64,000 bases of DNA from Octopus vulgaris (lineage: Eukaryota), in the NCBI GenBank assembly GCA_951406725.2, contig OX597820.1, forward strand, positions 122,388,001-122,452,000. The letters run 5' to 3'. Shown piece by piece: positions 1 to 12,650 of this stretch. Each line of letters opens with the position of its first letter. Position 1 is the first letter of the stretch. The position numbers were made by a program, and so were the translations under genes. Under the pieces are notes generated by a model that did no database searches, had not been told where the DNA came from, and was given only the letters and a program-made list of their open reading frames with translations.

Positions 1-195
1 GGTTACAGTGTGAGATAAAAAGCATACGACACACACACACACACACACACGTATACACACACGTATACAGACTTGAACAGTTTTGAATTTCTCCTGTTGC
101 TAAAGGAAGCATCGTTAAATATAAAACATTGTTTCCATTATTTTATCAAACTGCAGTATACATACATACATAAATTATACATATATATATATATG

Positions 196-236
<41 letters not shown>

Positions 237-1987
237 ACCTATGTGTGCATGTGTGTGTGTGGGGGGCGTACTTGTGCATATGTATGTGTGTATTTGTAGT
301 TGATAAGAACACATACACATAATGAAGAAGCTTCTACTGTGAAGAGAATAAAAGCGAATTTGAATAAGTAAGACATATTGTAGGAAAAGTATTGAAAAGT
401 AAAATGAAACAATAAGAGTCAGAGAATGTGAACAATGAAAGAAAATCTTTGAAATGAGAAGAAATGAAGCGGGGTTGAAACGTTGCAGGATTTTTAATCT
501 TTATTGCAGAAAAGCAAAAAGATTTAGAGAAAGTGGAGAATGAGAGATAAGAATGATGCCACTTTTATGGCTGTTTCTATTGTATATTCTTATTTATATA
601 CATGCATGTATATTTACATAATAAAACTAACATGTGTGCACACATGCTCATGCACACACACACACACACACGTGCGCACGCACGCATCAGGCAGCAGAGT
701 TTGGAATGTAACAATGCCATTTGATATTCGTTGCAGCTCTCTGCAGTTTGTGTTTAAATGGATTGAAGGTCAAGTTTGCCTTTCACTTTGGGGTCAATAG
801 ATAAATTATCAGTTGAGGGTAGTGAGTTTAGTGTAAACTGTCAGATGTGGTCAGTTCAAATGGTTAGCTTGGCCTACCCCCAGCAATAGATAAGCTGACA
901 ATTGTATGCCTGGGTTGCATTCAATATTTGATCAAAAATGGTTGGAGGGAAAAAACAAAAAAAGACACAAAATTTATTACTTCAATATTGGGGCTCGGTT
1001 TGACAACATGGTCAAACATGATGTCCTCTCTTGAGATGGTGGTCATCCATCATAGATAACTAAGATTACTAATTTCATCTGTCTTTATCCATAATACAGA
1101 ATACCTCTTAATCTATCTATCTATCTATCAAATCATTATCACCATCATCATAATTTTATGTCTGTTGTCCATGCTGGCATGGCTTAGATAGTTTGGCAAG
1201 CTGTGAGGCTGCAGCAGACTCACAGTTGGATGCCCTTCCTAACACCAACCACTCCGAGAGTGTAACGGGTGTTTTTACATGCAATTGGCATGGGTATTAT
1301 TTTCGTGACACTGGTATTTGCCACGACTGCAGTTTCCGTTGGCTTGATAGGCCTTCTTCTCAAGCATGGTATAATGCCAAACAGATTCAGTCATTGCCTC
1401 CATGTGGCCCAAATATTCATATATATCTATTTACATGCATATACACACACACGCATTTTGTAATACCCTGACAAGCACTGTGCTATGTCTATATGCTTTT
1501 CATGCTAGTCATTAAGGGTCATTCACAAATGATGGCACATTTGTAGATGTATGGAAGAATTTTGTGAATAAAAATTTCTATAAACACCAGAATGTGAAAT
1601 AATTATGCATATATATATAAATATATATATAAATTAAATTAAATTAGAGATAAAACCACTATTAGGTAACTCAAACAGTGATCGACATAAAACATAAAAA
1701 CAAAAAATAAATATAATTAATATAATATATAATATATATATAGAAAATATAAAATTTAAATTACTAAAATTTTAAAATTTTAATATTTTTTAATTATTAT
1801 ATTTTTAAATTTTTAAATTTAATTCTTTTTTTTAACTAACCAAAAAGTATAAAAATAGTTATATATAATATAATAAGTAAATACTTATTATATTCTCTAA
1901 TTTAATTCATATTTATACTATGAAATTTGATTTAATCCTAAATCTAATTTTTCCCTGTAAGTTTGGATATACTCCCTAATATTATTT

Positions 1988-2055
<68 letters not shown>

Positions 2056-2649
2056 ATATAATTGGCATTCTATAGTTTGTAGATTGTTTGTAAGAATTAT
2101 TATCCACGAAACTCTATTATTTTTATTTAACTACTGGACAACCCAACGATCAACATAATCTTTTTTTAGTTGTGTTTCAGAATGTTGTTCTATGTACTGC
2201 ATGTGTGTGTGTGTGTGTGCCTGTGTGTGTGTGTGTGTGCCTGTGTCAGTTTGACTGTGTAGCTCTCATCCATAACCACCACCACCACCACCGTCTCTGG
2301 CACCATGACTTTCACCTTCATTACAAAACACAACTGCCAACATCTACCCTGATATCTCTCAATCTTTGCAGATAAGACATATTAAAGAAGTAGCTATGGA
2401 AAGCAACATCTGCAATGAATCAGTGTTGTCTATTTGCAGTCGTTCCCCATCTCTCTCCCATCTTCTAGCGCTTCTTGTCTTTATTCTTTTTTTCATCCTC
2501 ATTCTTCTGTCTGTTGCTCTCTTGCTGCATTCCATTATGTCTTATCAGATCCTGGAAGAGTTCTGCTGTTTGTTTATATTTGCTTGAGTCTTCTGTGAAT
2601 ATATATGTATAGAGAGATCGAGTTGTGTGTATAAATATATGCATTGTTT

Positions 2650-2651
2650 GA

Positions 2652-2689
<38 letters not shown>

Positions 2690-2804
2690 CATGTACACAT
2701 ACATATGCATACACACACAATATATACATATATTTGCATGTGGAGGTATATCTATATGTGTGTGTACATATATATATGTGTGTGTATATATATATTTATA
2801 TATA

Positions 2805-2899
<95 letters not shown>

Positions 2900-3140
2900 T
2901 CATGTGTGTGTGTGTATATATATATATATATTCATATGTGTATGTATATATATATATATATATGTGTGCGTGTATATATATATATATATTCATATGTGTA
3001 TGTATATATATATATATGTGTGTGTGTATATATATATATATATTCATATGTGTATGTATATATATATATATGTGTGTGTGTATATATATATATATATACA
3101 TACACACACGCATACACACACATATGTATGTGTATGTGTG
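2650..3140. repeat. Compound (TA)n/(TG)n microsatellite
   Basis: Directly visible, with higher-order units such as TATTCATATGTGTATG(TA)n. Confidence 0.95.
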
Positions 3141-3556
3141 AGTTTCGGGTGGGTGGGTGGGTATGTGTACTTTGTGCATGATGAATGTACAAAAAGCAGT
3201 TACGTAAAAATAGATAGTTTTCATATATAATTCCTGTAGTGACAGTTAGTTTACAACGTAGATCCTGACTAGTTAATATACATTTGTACATATATATACA
3301 TAACACATGTAAACACAGGCACAAAGGTATACATGATTTATTATTTTGATTGCTCTAAAGGAAATTTACTCACAAAGTATTCATCTGAAAGCTATTTAAA
3401 AACCAAAATTTAGTGTAAGTTGCAGATATTGTTGTTCCTAGCCCCAATCTGATGGAATAAAGATGTTGATTGTGTGAGAAACACTCACTGGTGTTATAAA
3501 GGTAGAGTCAGATGGACGGCTAGACACGTACACTGACCATGTCATAACATATTTAA

Positions 3557-4000
3557 CCCTCTAGTGTTTAACCCTTTTGTTACTGTATTTATTTTGAGAT
3601 GCTCAGTGTTTCTTTCAATTATTTTAAATATAAGAAATAATTTAGTAAAATAACTTAGTTATCATTAAGTTAGTGTTAGGGATGTAAATTGTGACTAAGG
3701 CTTGGTGGAATATTTTAATTCAAAACTTATGAAAACAAGACATTTTACCACAGAGCCAGAGCCGGTTTTGGCCGGGTTTGTAACAAAAGGGTTAAACCGG
3801 CTATATCCGGCCTGAATATTCTACTCATTTTATGCTCAAACTGGCTAGAACCAGTATCTCACACCTACCCTGCAATGTCATTCTAAAGATAAACAATTAC
3901 ATCTTTCAAATCTTGAAGTTACTAGATAATACCAGATTAATTTTTAAAAATTTAAATGAATAAGGATTACTTATGACATATTAATTTGAATGCTAAAGGG
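3557..4000. mobile_element. piggyBac-type MITE (family A), interrupted by a second MITE
   Basis: TTAA|CCCTCTAG...CTAAAGGG|TTAA termini. An uninterrupted relative lies at about 40075-40296. Confidence 0.8.
3572..3791. mobile_element. piggyBac-type MITE (family B) nested in family A
   Basis: TTAA|CCCTTTTGTTAC...GTAACAAAAGGG|TTAA, i.e. perfect TIRs with a TTAA duplication. Confidence 0.88.
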
Positions 4001-5064
4001 TTAAGGGAATTCAGCTTTTTGCTGATTATTGGGAGTCCAATCCCTGAACTATGCAAGCACCATCATTAACACCCACTTTCCCATGCTTGCATAGGTCAAA
4101 TGGAATTTGTTGTGGTAGATTTTCTGCGACAAGATGCTATTCCTGTCATCAACCCTCCCCTGTTTCCCATGGTCAGATAAAATTTTTAAGAGGAGACTGG
4201 AAACCAACAGCATTGCTTATATGATGTTGGTGCATGTCTATAACTACATGATGCAAAGACCAATGTACACATGAACACACGCATGCACACATACACATAA
4301 TAGCTTTATTTTGATGTACGCTGTTTTTATTCCGATCTGTGTGGTGAAGCTTTGAGAAGGATATGTTGGTGTTCAATTCTTGATGTCTGTAGAATCTTAT
4401 TCAATCAAATAAAGATTGATTAATACACATGAATGATAATTTACAGTATTATGTAGTACCATTGTATCTGAAATATGGTGTAAGCTTATTAAAAATGTAT
4501 AAGCTTCCATTCTTTTGTCTGTGTGAGTGTTTCATCATCATCATCATCGTTTAACGTCCACTTTCCATGCTAGCATGGGTTGGGCGATTTGACTGAAGAT
4601 GGCTGTAAAACAGGCTCCAATCTTGATCTAGCAGAGTTTCTACAGCTGGATGCCCTTCCTAATGCCAACCACTCCGAGAGTGTAGTGAGTGCTTTTACGT
4701 GCCCCCTCGACTAAAGGTAGTGCTCCAGCATGGCTGCAGTCATATGACTGAAACAAGTAAAAACGTAAAGAGTATATACATATATATATCTATATATATA
4801 TATATATATATATATTTTTATATATATACTCTTTACTCTGCAGTCAAATGACTGAAACAAGTAAAAGTATAAAGAGTATATACATATATATATATATATA
4901 TATATCTATATACTCTTTACTCTTTTACTTGTTTCAGTCATTTGACTGCAGCCATGCTGGAGCACCGCCTTTAGTCGAGCAAATTGACCTCGGGACTTAT
5001 TCTTTGTAAGCCCTGTACTTATTCTATCGGTCTGTTTTGCCGAACCGCTAAGTAACGGGGACTG

Positions 5065-5256
5065 AAACAGGAAGTAAGAGTGAGAGAAAGTTGTGGTGAA
5101 AGAGTACAGCAGGGATCACCACCATCCCTGCCGGAGCCTCGTGGAGCTTTAGGTGTTTTCGCTCAATAAACACTCACAACGCCCTGTCTGGGAATCGAAA
5201 CCACGATCCTACGACCGCGAGTCTGCTGCCCTAACCACTGGGCCATTGCGCCTCCA
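5065..5256 (-). mobile_element. tRNA-derived SINE (family 1), 5' half only
   Basis: Reverse complement of about 7319-7510. Confidence 0.85.
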
Positions 5257-5979
5257 CCTGTCCCTATGGAACACTTGGATTAAAAGGAACAACAAAATTA
5301 AACATGCAAACCAATAAACAACTCTACTTCTAGTAACCTATTGCTAAAATAGTAAATATGAAACATCTTAAACAAAATCCATAACATAATATATTTCCTA
5401 AACTCCTTTGACTGAAATTCCTAGAGGTTCACTATAAATTCCTCTTATTATTTGAGCATTAGATTTTATTTTCATCCTTTTCTTTTTACAGTATTTAATT
5501 TCTCTTCTTTTCCCTAAATAATTCTTTGAACTTTTTCTTAAATAATTCCTGCTGTTTTATAGCTTTCTTGTACCATTTCTGGTTTCTAAATTCTCACCTG
5601 TGTAAAGAACTTTTTACATGTTCCACAGAATGTGGGAAAATAATTAAGTGGGTGTGTCTGTGTGCATCTACATACCTGTTCATCTATCAGTCTCTCTCTC
5701 TCTTTCTATCTCATTTACACACACATGCACACACTCACACACACAGGTGTAAAAGTCCTTGGAAGTGTACACTGAAAAATATTATTGATAGAAAAACTAA
5801 GTCAGAACGGAAGACGGAGCATTTTTATTTTAGATTGAGATATAAAAAAATCTCTGGATTTTCCTTAGGAAATGCTAGGCCACTTCTTATTTTGCTATTT
5901 GTGGTGATCTGCACAAAATAAATAGGGGTCCATCATTTCCTTGCCAAAATTCTGACTTTTTATATCTTCCTATATATAT

Positions 5980-6191
5980 ACTCTTTTACTTGTTTCAGTC
6001 ATTTGACTGCGGCCATGCTGGAGCACCGCCTTTAATCGAGCAACTCGACCCCGGGACTTATTCTTTTGTAAGCCCAGTACTTATTCTATCGGTCTCTTTT
6101 GCCGAACCGCTAAGTAACGGGGACGTAAACACACCAGCATCGGTTGTCAAGCAATGCTAGGGGGACAAACACAGACGCACAAGCATACACG

Positions 6192-6260
<69 letters not shown>

Positions 6261-6424
6261 GACGGGCTTCTTTCAGTTTCCGTCTACCAAATCCACTCAC
6301 AAGGCATTGGTCATCCCGGGGCTATAGCAGAAGACACTTGCCCATAAGGTGCCAAGCAATGGGACTGAACCCGGAACCATGTGGTTGGTTAGCAAGCTAC
6401 TTACCACACAGCCACTCCTGCACC
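5980..6424 (-). mobile_element. tRNA-derived SINE (family 2, internal (TA)n(TG)n)
   Basis: Head GGAGTGGCTGTGTGGTAAGTAGCTTGC and tail GACTGAAACAAGTAAAAGAGT. Several copies in the window. Confidence 0.88.
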
Positions 6425-6780
6425 TATATGAGGATAAAACAAAACAAATACATCTTATTTCGAAACAAAATCAAAACAAAATCTTATTTTATGTCTTTAT
6501 TAAAATATATATGTGTGTGTGTGTGTGTGTGAAGATGTAAGCTTGTGTCACTATGTTTTCGTATGTGTGTATGTGAGTGAACTTTGTTTTATTTTTTTCG
6601 TTCTTACCCTCTCTCCCTCTCATTGCTATTCTTGTTAATCTCGACCCCCTCCTTACCTAGGACAATGATAGCTCTCATCTCTCAACCCCTGTTTTCTCTG
6701 AAGTTGTTTCTTTATCTTTTGCCTCACTTCTCCCTACTATTATCTATTACTAAATTTTAACAGGGCAGAATATATATATA

Positions 6781-6960
6781 TAACTTATAAAATAAGGGCA
6801 AAAGAAAAATTCTAATGCCAAATATGCCAAAAAAAGACAAAGTGTCAATAACCATTATAATTTATAATTCTTATTATAAATTATAATGATTATTGACAAT
6901 TTGTCTTTTTTTGGCATATTTGGCATTAGAATTTTTCTTTTGCCCTTATTTTATAAGTTA
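6781..6960. repeat. Near-perfect palindrome, 88-bp arms, 4-nt loop
   Basis: 6781-6868 is the reverse complement of 6873-6960 with about 2 mismatches. Starts at a (TA)n tract. Confidence 0.95.
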
Positions 6961-7049
6961 TTTATAAATTTAACCTTTAAAGATATTTTTTGTTATGCTG
7001 GCCATTGATAAATTTTTTTTTTCCGAAAAAGATGTTATCCTACATTAGT

Positions 7050-7089
<40 letters not shown>

Positions 7090-7318
7090 TAGATTTAGTT
7101 GCACATCACAAAGGGTAGAAAGTGAGAATGTAATTAGTAGAAGCAAATGGCAAAGGAAGTGTTACCAGCTTGTTTGTCTTCACCTCAGTTCAGAAATCCA
7201 CATATACTATAGAGAGGGTAAATACTATACAATTGGGCAGTACATTAAGCCACATCCCTCAGTTCCCTGAACTGGCAAAAATATGTAGCAAAACATAAGC
7301 AATGTATTACCAGAACAT

Positions 7319-7705
7319 GGAGGCGCAATGGCCCAGTGGTTAGGGCAGCGGACTCGCGGTCGTAGGATCGCGGTTTCGATTCCCAGACCAGACGTTGTGA
7401 GTGTTTATTGAGCGAAAACACCTAAAAGCTCCACGAGGCTCCGGCAGGGATGGTGGTGATCCCTGCTGTACTATTTCACCACAACTTTCTCTCACTCTTA
7501 CTTCCTGTTTCTGTTGTACCTGTATTTCAAAGGGCCGGCCTTGTCACTCTCTGTGTCACGCTGAATATCCCCGAGAACTATGTTAAGGGTACACGTGTCT
7601 GTGGAGTGCTCAGCCACTTACACGTTAATTTCATGAGCAGGCTGTTCCGCTGATCGGATCAACTGGAACCCTTGTCGTCATAACCGACGGAGTGCTTCCA
7701 TATCC
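7319..7705 (+). mobile_element. tRNA-derived SINE (family 1), full length
   Basis: A box TGGCCCAGTGG and B box GTTTCGATTCC. Approx. 12-bp TSD attac(c/t)agaaca. Near-identical copy at 49639. Confidence 0.88.
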
Positions 7706-8614
7706 ATTACTAGAACACAAACAAAGCTATCATTTGGTAAGCAATAGGTCTAACTTTTACCTACTTTAGTCATAAAAGAAATTTATAAAATAAGTAAAAC
7801 TGTTATTCAAAGATTTGCAGTAAATTTTAATTTACAATATATGGTACCCTATATAATTAAGAGAGAACGATATTGAGTAGGATGGTGTTGTAGTATCAAG
7901 TTTATAAACCCCGCTGTCTTGTGTGCAAATGATGTTGACAAAATGCAACTATTAACCAAACTGAATATTCTATTATATCCTCAAAGTCTTTTCTATCAAA
8001 AGTGGGTTTTGAAGGAAGTTAGATATTTGGACCAGGATAGACCTGGGGAAACGAGTGAGGCTTTTGCTGCTGTGCCCAGTGGACTTTGTAGGTAAAGAAA
8101 GGGGATCATGTCAACAAAGAGGTCTGTAGGAACAATGCGAGGAGTCTTGAGGAGCAAAATGGAATCTGTACAAATGCACAAAAAATTTTTAAAAAAAACT
8201 GGTGCCCCAACTTGACTGAAACCAATAGAAAAAGACACCCAAACATTTATTACTTTTTTGTTTCATTATATTATTATTTTTATTTCATTTTCTTTTTAGG
8301 AATTATTGTTTTATTTTATTTTTAACTCAACTTTTGTTTTTAGTTTTAATTTAATTCCATTTGCTTTTGTTAATTTTGTAAATTTAGTTTTATGTTTATT
8401 TTTATTTGTATATCCTTTAAAGTGTTTACACAGTTTTCCTTTCTTATCAGTTTTGAATTTAATTTTTATTTTCCTTTCATGCAACAAATAGGATAAAAGA
8501 ATAATAAAGTAAATTACAAAAGCATTAATCTTTTACACATTTCCATTTCTAATTTGTTTTTGACCTCAAACTCACTTCATATCTTATTTTCATTTTTTTT
8601 TTCCCACCTCATAG

Positions 8615-8827
8615 TGGACTGCATAAACAACTGCTCTAGCAATGGCCTATGTAGCCTGGGTCGATGCATATGTTTCCAGGGCTACAAAGGTCCTAGTTGT
8701 AACCAGCAGGACATTATTAACCTTGAGCATCTCTGCTCTAAGGACTGCTCAGGTCATGGTACCTATAACATTAAGACGGACCAATGTAACTGCGATTGGC
8801 ACTTCACTGGTGAAAAGTGTGAAACAG
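8615..8827 (+). CDS. TENM: Teneurin internal exon: EGF repeats 4-5
   Basis: Pyrimidine tract + tag acceptor, AG|gtaacc donor, phase 1-1. Encodes DCINNCSSNGLCSLGRCICFQGYKGPSC...CSGHGTYNIKTDQCNCDWHFTGEKCET. GHGTY (Tyr in place of the third Cys) is typical of teneurin EGF5. Confidence 0.93.
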
Positions 8828-9040
8828 GTAACCAAGCTGAACAGACAAGCAGCCTTCCTGCCCGACGTTTTCTTTTGAAATTCCTACACCCCCCAGTTTT
8901 AATTTGATTCCTCCCAAGCAAGTGCATCCATTTGCCGCTGCATGCCACAGATGATGCTAAAAAAACGTACACATCAGCAGTCTGAAGGAATACATTTGTT
9001 TAACTATTAGTTGCTGCATGCACACAAGATATGACAAATT

Positions 9041-9077
<37 letters not shown>

Positions 9078-9350
9078 AATATATATATATATATATTTAC
9101 ATATATATATATATATGCACATACATATATATGTATGTATATTGCATGTGTACTAATATTTAATAGAGATACATCACGAATTAATGTAGTAAGTGCATAA
9201 GGTCAGTCATGGAAAAAGGCCTTTTTACTACATTTATCTTTGTCTACGTATATGATATATAGATATATATGTATATGTGTGTATATGTGTGTGTGTGTAT
9301 ATATATAGGTATATATATATATATATACATATATGTATATATATACATAT

Positions 9351-9394
<44 letters not shown>

Positions 9395-10639
9395 ACATAT
9401 ATATACATGTATATATATATATACACATATGAGCATACACACGTATAAGTCTGTGTGTGTGTGTGTGTGTATAGGTGTTCTATTTGTTAAAATAATGCAA
9501 CAGCTGTTGAGTAACAAAAGCATGTTAGTCCTCCTTGCTGCCCTTCGAATCTTCATTGCATTTTCCATTCATCTTTATTCATTGTGAACAATCATTGTCA
9601 TCGTCATCATTCTACATCAGCATCCCTATCAGCATAAACATCATAATCTGTTTCTTTTCCCTTGGCATTAGTTTATTTATTTCTGTTGAGCTTTGTACAA
9701 TATACCCAACCTCTCTTGTTTGTCAGAGCTCCATCCCAGCAAGGCATAAATCCTAAACATCTGAACTGATATGGACCCTTTTGTCAGGGACAAGCATTTG
9801 CAGTTTCTGTTGATAGACTTTTAAATATTTTTTTTGTTTTATTTTGTTTTCTTTCATATTATACTTTTTGTGCTGTTTTTTTTATAAATTATGCATCCAA
9901 CAATTTAGGAAAATTTCTAAAGTTAATTTTGTTTTTTGCATTTGGTTCACAAGATACTTGATGTGAAATTATTTTTTAAACAGATTTTGTTGTATCTTGG
10001 CTGGGTCATTATGCCAATAAAGCACAACCTCAAGTTCTATTTCATTTCTTTTGTCATTATTAATAAACCATCTAAACAAATAATTGTTTGATTAATTGCA
10101 TAGTTAATCAATGAATCAGCTAGGGTTCTCAGAGTCCTTTCATCGCCATTTGCAGTGTACATCCCTTAAAATGTTAGGAAAGCAAATGTAACAGCTGAAC
10201 CACAGCATATATAAAAGGGGACTGCTGAGAGCTTGGCTGAGAGAATGGAGGTGCAGTTCAAAGAATGATAGGGAATCTATGTCAGTACTCTATCAGCATG
10301 CTAAGGTTAAGCAGGACAGTATACTGAATAACAGAGATATAGAAACCATATCGAAACACCTGTATGTGCAACATTATGACAGTTATATGAATCTTCGGTG
10401 ACAAGTGAATAGAAACCATCACTTCATAAACAATACAGGTAAAATGCAATGACCACACCACCACTTCCACCTGCCACAACCTACCACCCGGGACAGGCTG
10501 TATAGTATAATGTACAAATCCACATGTATGTGCATACCTATCAGATAATGCTGCTGACATGTTAGATTGTGTCTAGCAGTTCCCTTCAGAGAAAAAGAAA
10601 AAATTTATACCTTGAGTTTAGAAAATATACATTAGAAAT

Positions 10640-10935
10640 TCTTAAGCAGATCAGCCCGAAAATGTCGCTAGAAGCTAGGATCACCAAGCATAGATTGGCA
10701 TATTTCTGTCATATTATGCAGAGAAAATCCCTGGAGAAGGACATCATCCTCGGAATGGTGAGTGGCAAGAGAGGAAGGGGCCGACCAAGAACCCACTGGC
10801 TTGACACCATCAAGAGTGATACCGGAATGGACACAGCCAATCTGAAAGAAGCAGCCCAGGATAGAACTGACTGGAGGACACTGATCCATCGAGTAACCGA
10901 GAGTCGACTTCCACTGAGCGGATAGATAGATAGAT
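10640..10935 (+). mobile_element. 5'-truncated RTE LINE 3' end, BovB-like
   Basis: SLEARITKHRLAYFCHIMQRKSLEKDIILGMVSGKRGRGRPRTHWLD...DRTDWRTLIHRVTESR, then a (GATA)n tail. Matches the RTE/BovB ORF C-terminus pattern. Confidence 0.85.
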
Positions 10936-11674
10936 TGTGTGTGTGTGTCTATAAGCATTTGCGTATTTGTGTGTGAAGTAGGATGGTAGATAAATTCCTT
11001 ATTCCCTTGACTTACTAGAATGAAAGGTAAAGTGATAATGTGATCGGTACCGTTGAGCACCATCTTCCCCAAAACAAAGCGACCAGACTAGAATGTACCA
11101 AAACACACACACACACACTTTTTTCTCATGTTTTTTATTCACATCCTTATGAATACAAATACATAAATAGAATCCGAAAAGTTGGAGACAGACAGATCCA
11201 GTGTTGAGAGGGCACATTGTTGGTGCAGGTGTGAATAGCAAAGAAAGGACTCTAATGAACCAAGCTAGTTGATTGATTATACAGTTAATCAAACAATTTA
11301 TTAATAATTTAAATAGTTAACTGTCAACTAATAATAATAATAATAATAGAAGTGAAACAGAGCCAGTGCATATGTTTCTTTATTAGAATAATGACCCTCC
11401 CAAGCTACAACAAATTCCAATGCTATTACCATTATCATTACTTGGAGTTGATCATGGAGGTAGGGAGCTGAATCAGTTGTGTCCCTTTGTATTCAGAGTT
11501 TGTAAGACGAGTATTTCCCAAACCTGTAGATGTTTTAAACCTCAGATGTCTTATGGATACCTTTCAAAATAATAGACATATTTACCTGTCATAATCATGG
11601 TTGATTATTCAAGTTTGTACCTAACTTCTATGAATATAATCTTATGTATGTTCAGTCAGGGACTTGTTATTATT

Positions 11675-12650
11675 AGAGCTGGCAGAATTCTTGGACAAAG
11701 TGTTGTATGGTTTTTATTCTTGCAGTTTGCATTCTGAGTTCTAAGCAAGGTCAACTTTGTGTTTCATCCTCCCAGGGTTATTAGATTAAGTAACAAGATC
11801 AAAAGTAGGAATTAAACCCACCCCCACCTCACCTTGAAATTGCAAGCCTCTTGCCTCCATTAGTGATTATCGTGATGATAATGATGATGATGATGTACCT
11901 AAATTGGAAGTCATCACCATTATCCTTATAATTAGGGTAGTGAGCTGGCAGAATTATTAGCTCGCTGGGCAAAATGCTTAGCAGCATCTCGTCCATCCTT
12001 ATGTCCTGAGTTCAAATTCCACTGTGGTCGACTTTGCCGTTCATCCTTTTGGGGTCAACAAATTAAGTACCAGTTGTTACACTAATAAGACTCTTCTTGC
12101 TTCTTGTCCTTCTGTGGTCAATAAAATATTATCTCCTGATTTTGACTTATCTCCCAGCAAAATTATGATTGATTACTCAGATGTTTATTAATGTTGTTAT
12201 TATTAGTATTTGGCAAGTGGCAGAATGGCAGAACTGGTAAATGAAATACTTTGCAGTATTCTGCTAGTAAGTTCTAACCTCAGCTGGGTCAATTTTATTT
12301 GCCAACCTTTTGAAGCTGGCAAAAAATACAGAAATCAAATAAATATTCTCAACCCACAAAATTTCTGGTCTCCTCCTCCTCCTCCTGTTAGAAATTAATT
12401 TTCTTATCGTTTAGTATTGGCAATATAGCAAAACAATCAATTATAAGAGCCTTGGGCTAAATTACTTTGTGGTGTTCATTTCAGCTCTTTATGTTCTAAG
12501 TTCAAATCCTGCCAAGGTCAACCATGTATTTCTTCCTTTCGGAACTGGTAAAATAAGCTTTCAGTCAAGTATTAGAATCGATTTAAATGTCTAACCATTT
12601 CTTCTCAAAATCTTTGACTTTGTGCCTTCATTAGAAATTATTATTATTGT
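11675..12650 (+). mobile_element. Cluster of about four decayed copies of SINE family 3
   Basis: Recurrent GAGCTGGCAGAAT...TGAGTTCAAAT...GTCAACTTTG..TTCATCCT units separated by (TTA)/(TGA) tails. Confidence 0.65.

Noticed and set aside
2627-3324. Long ORFs rich in Y/I/C/V/H/T (also 18057-18800, 58300-58834 and many others)
   Set aside because: Translations of (TA)n/(TG)n microsatellites, which lack stop codons; not genes.
7319-7395. tRNA-like sequence (also 5180-5256, 25557-25625, 49639-49712)
   Set aside because: These are SINE heads continuing into shared bodies with TSDs. No proper acceptor stem or terminator.
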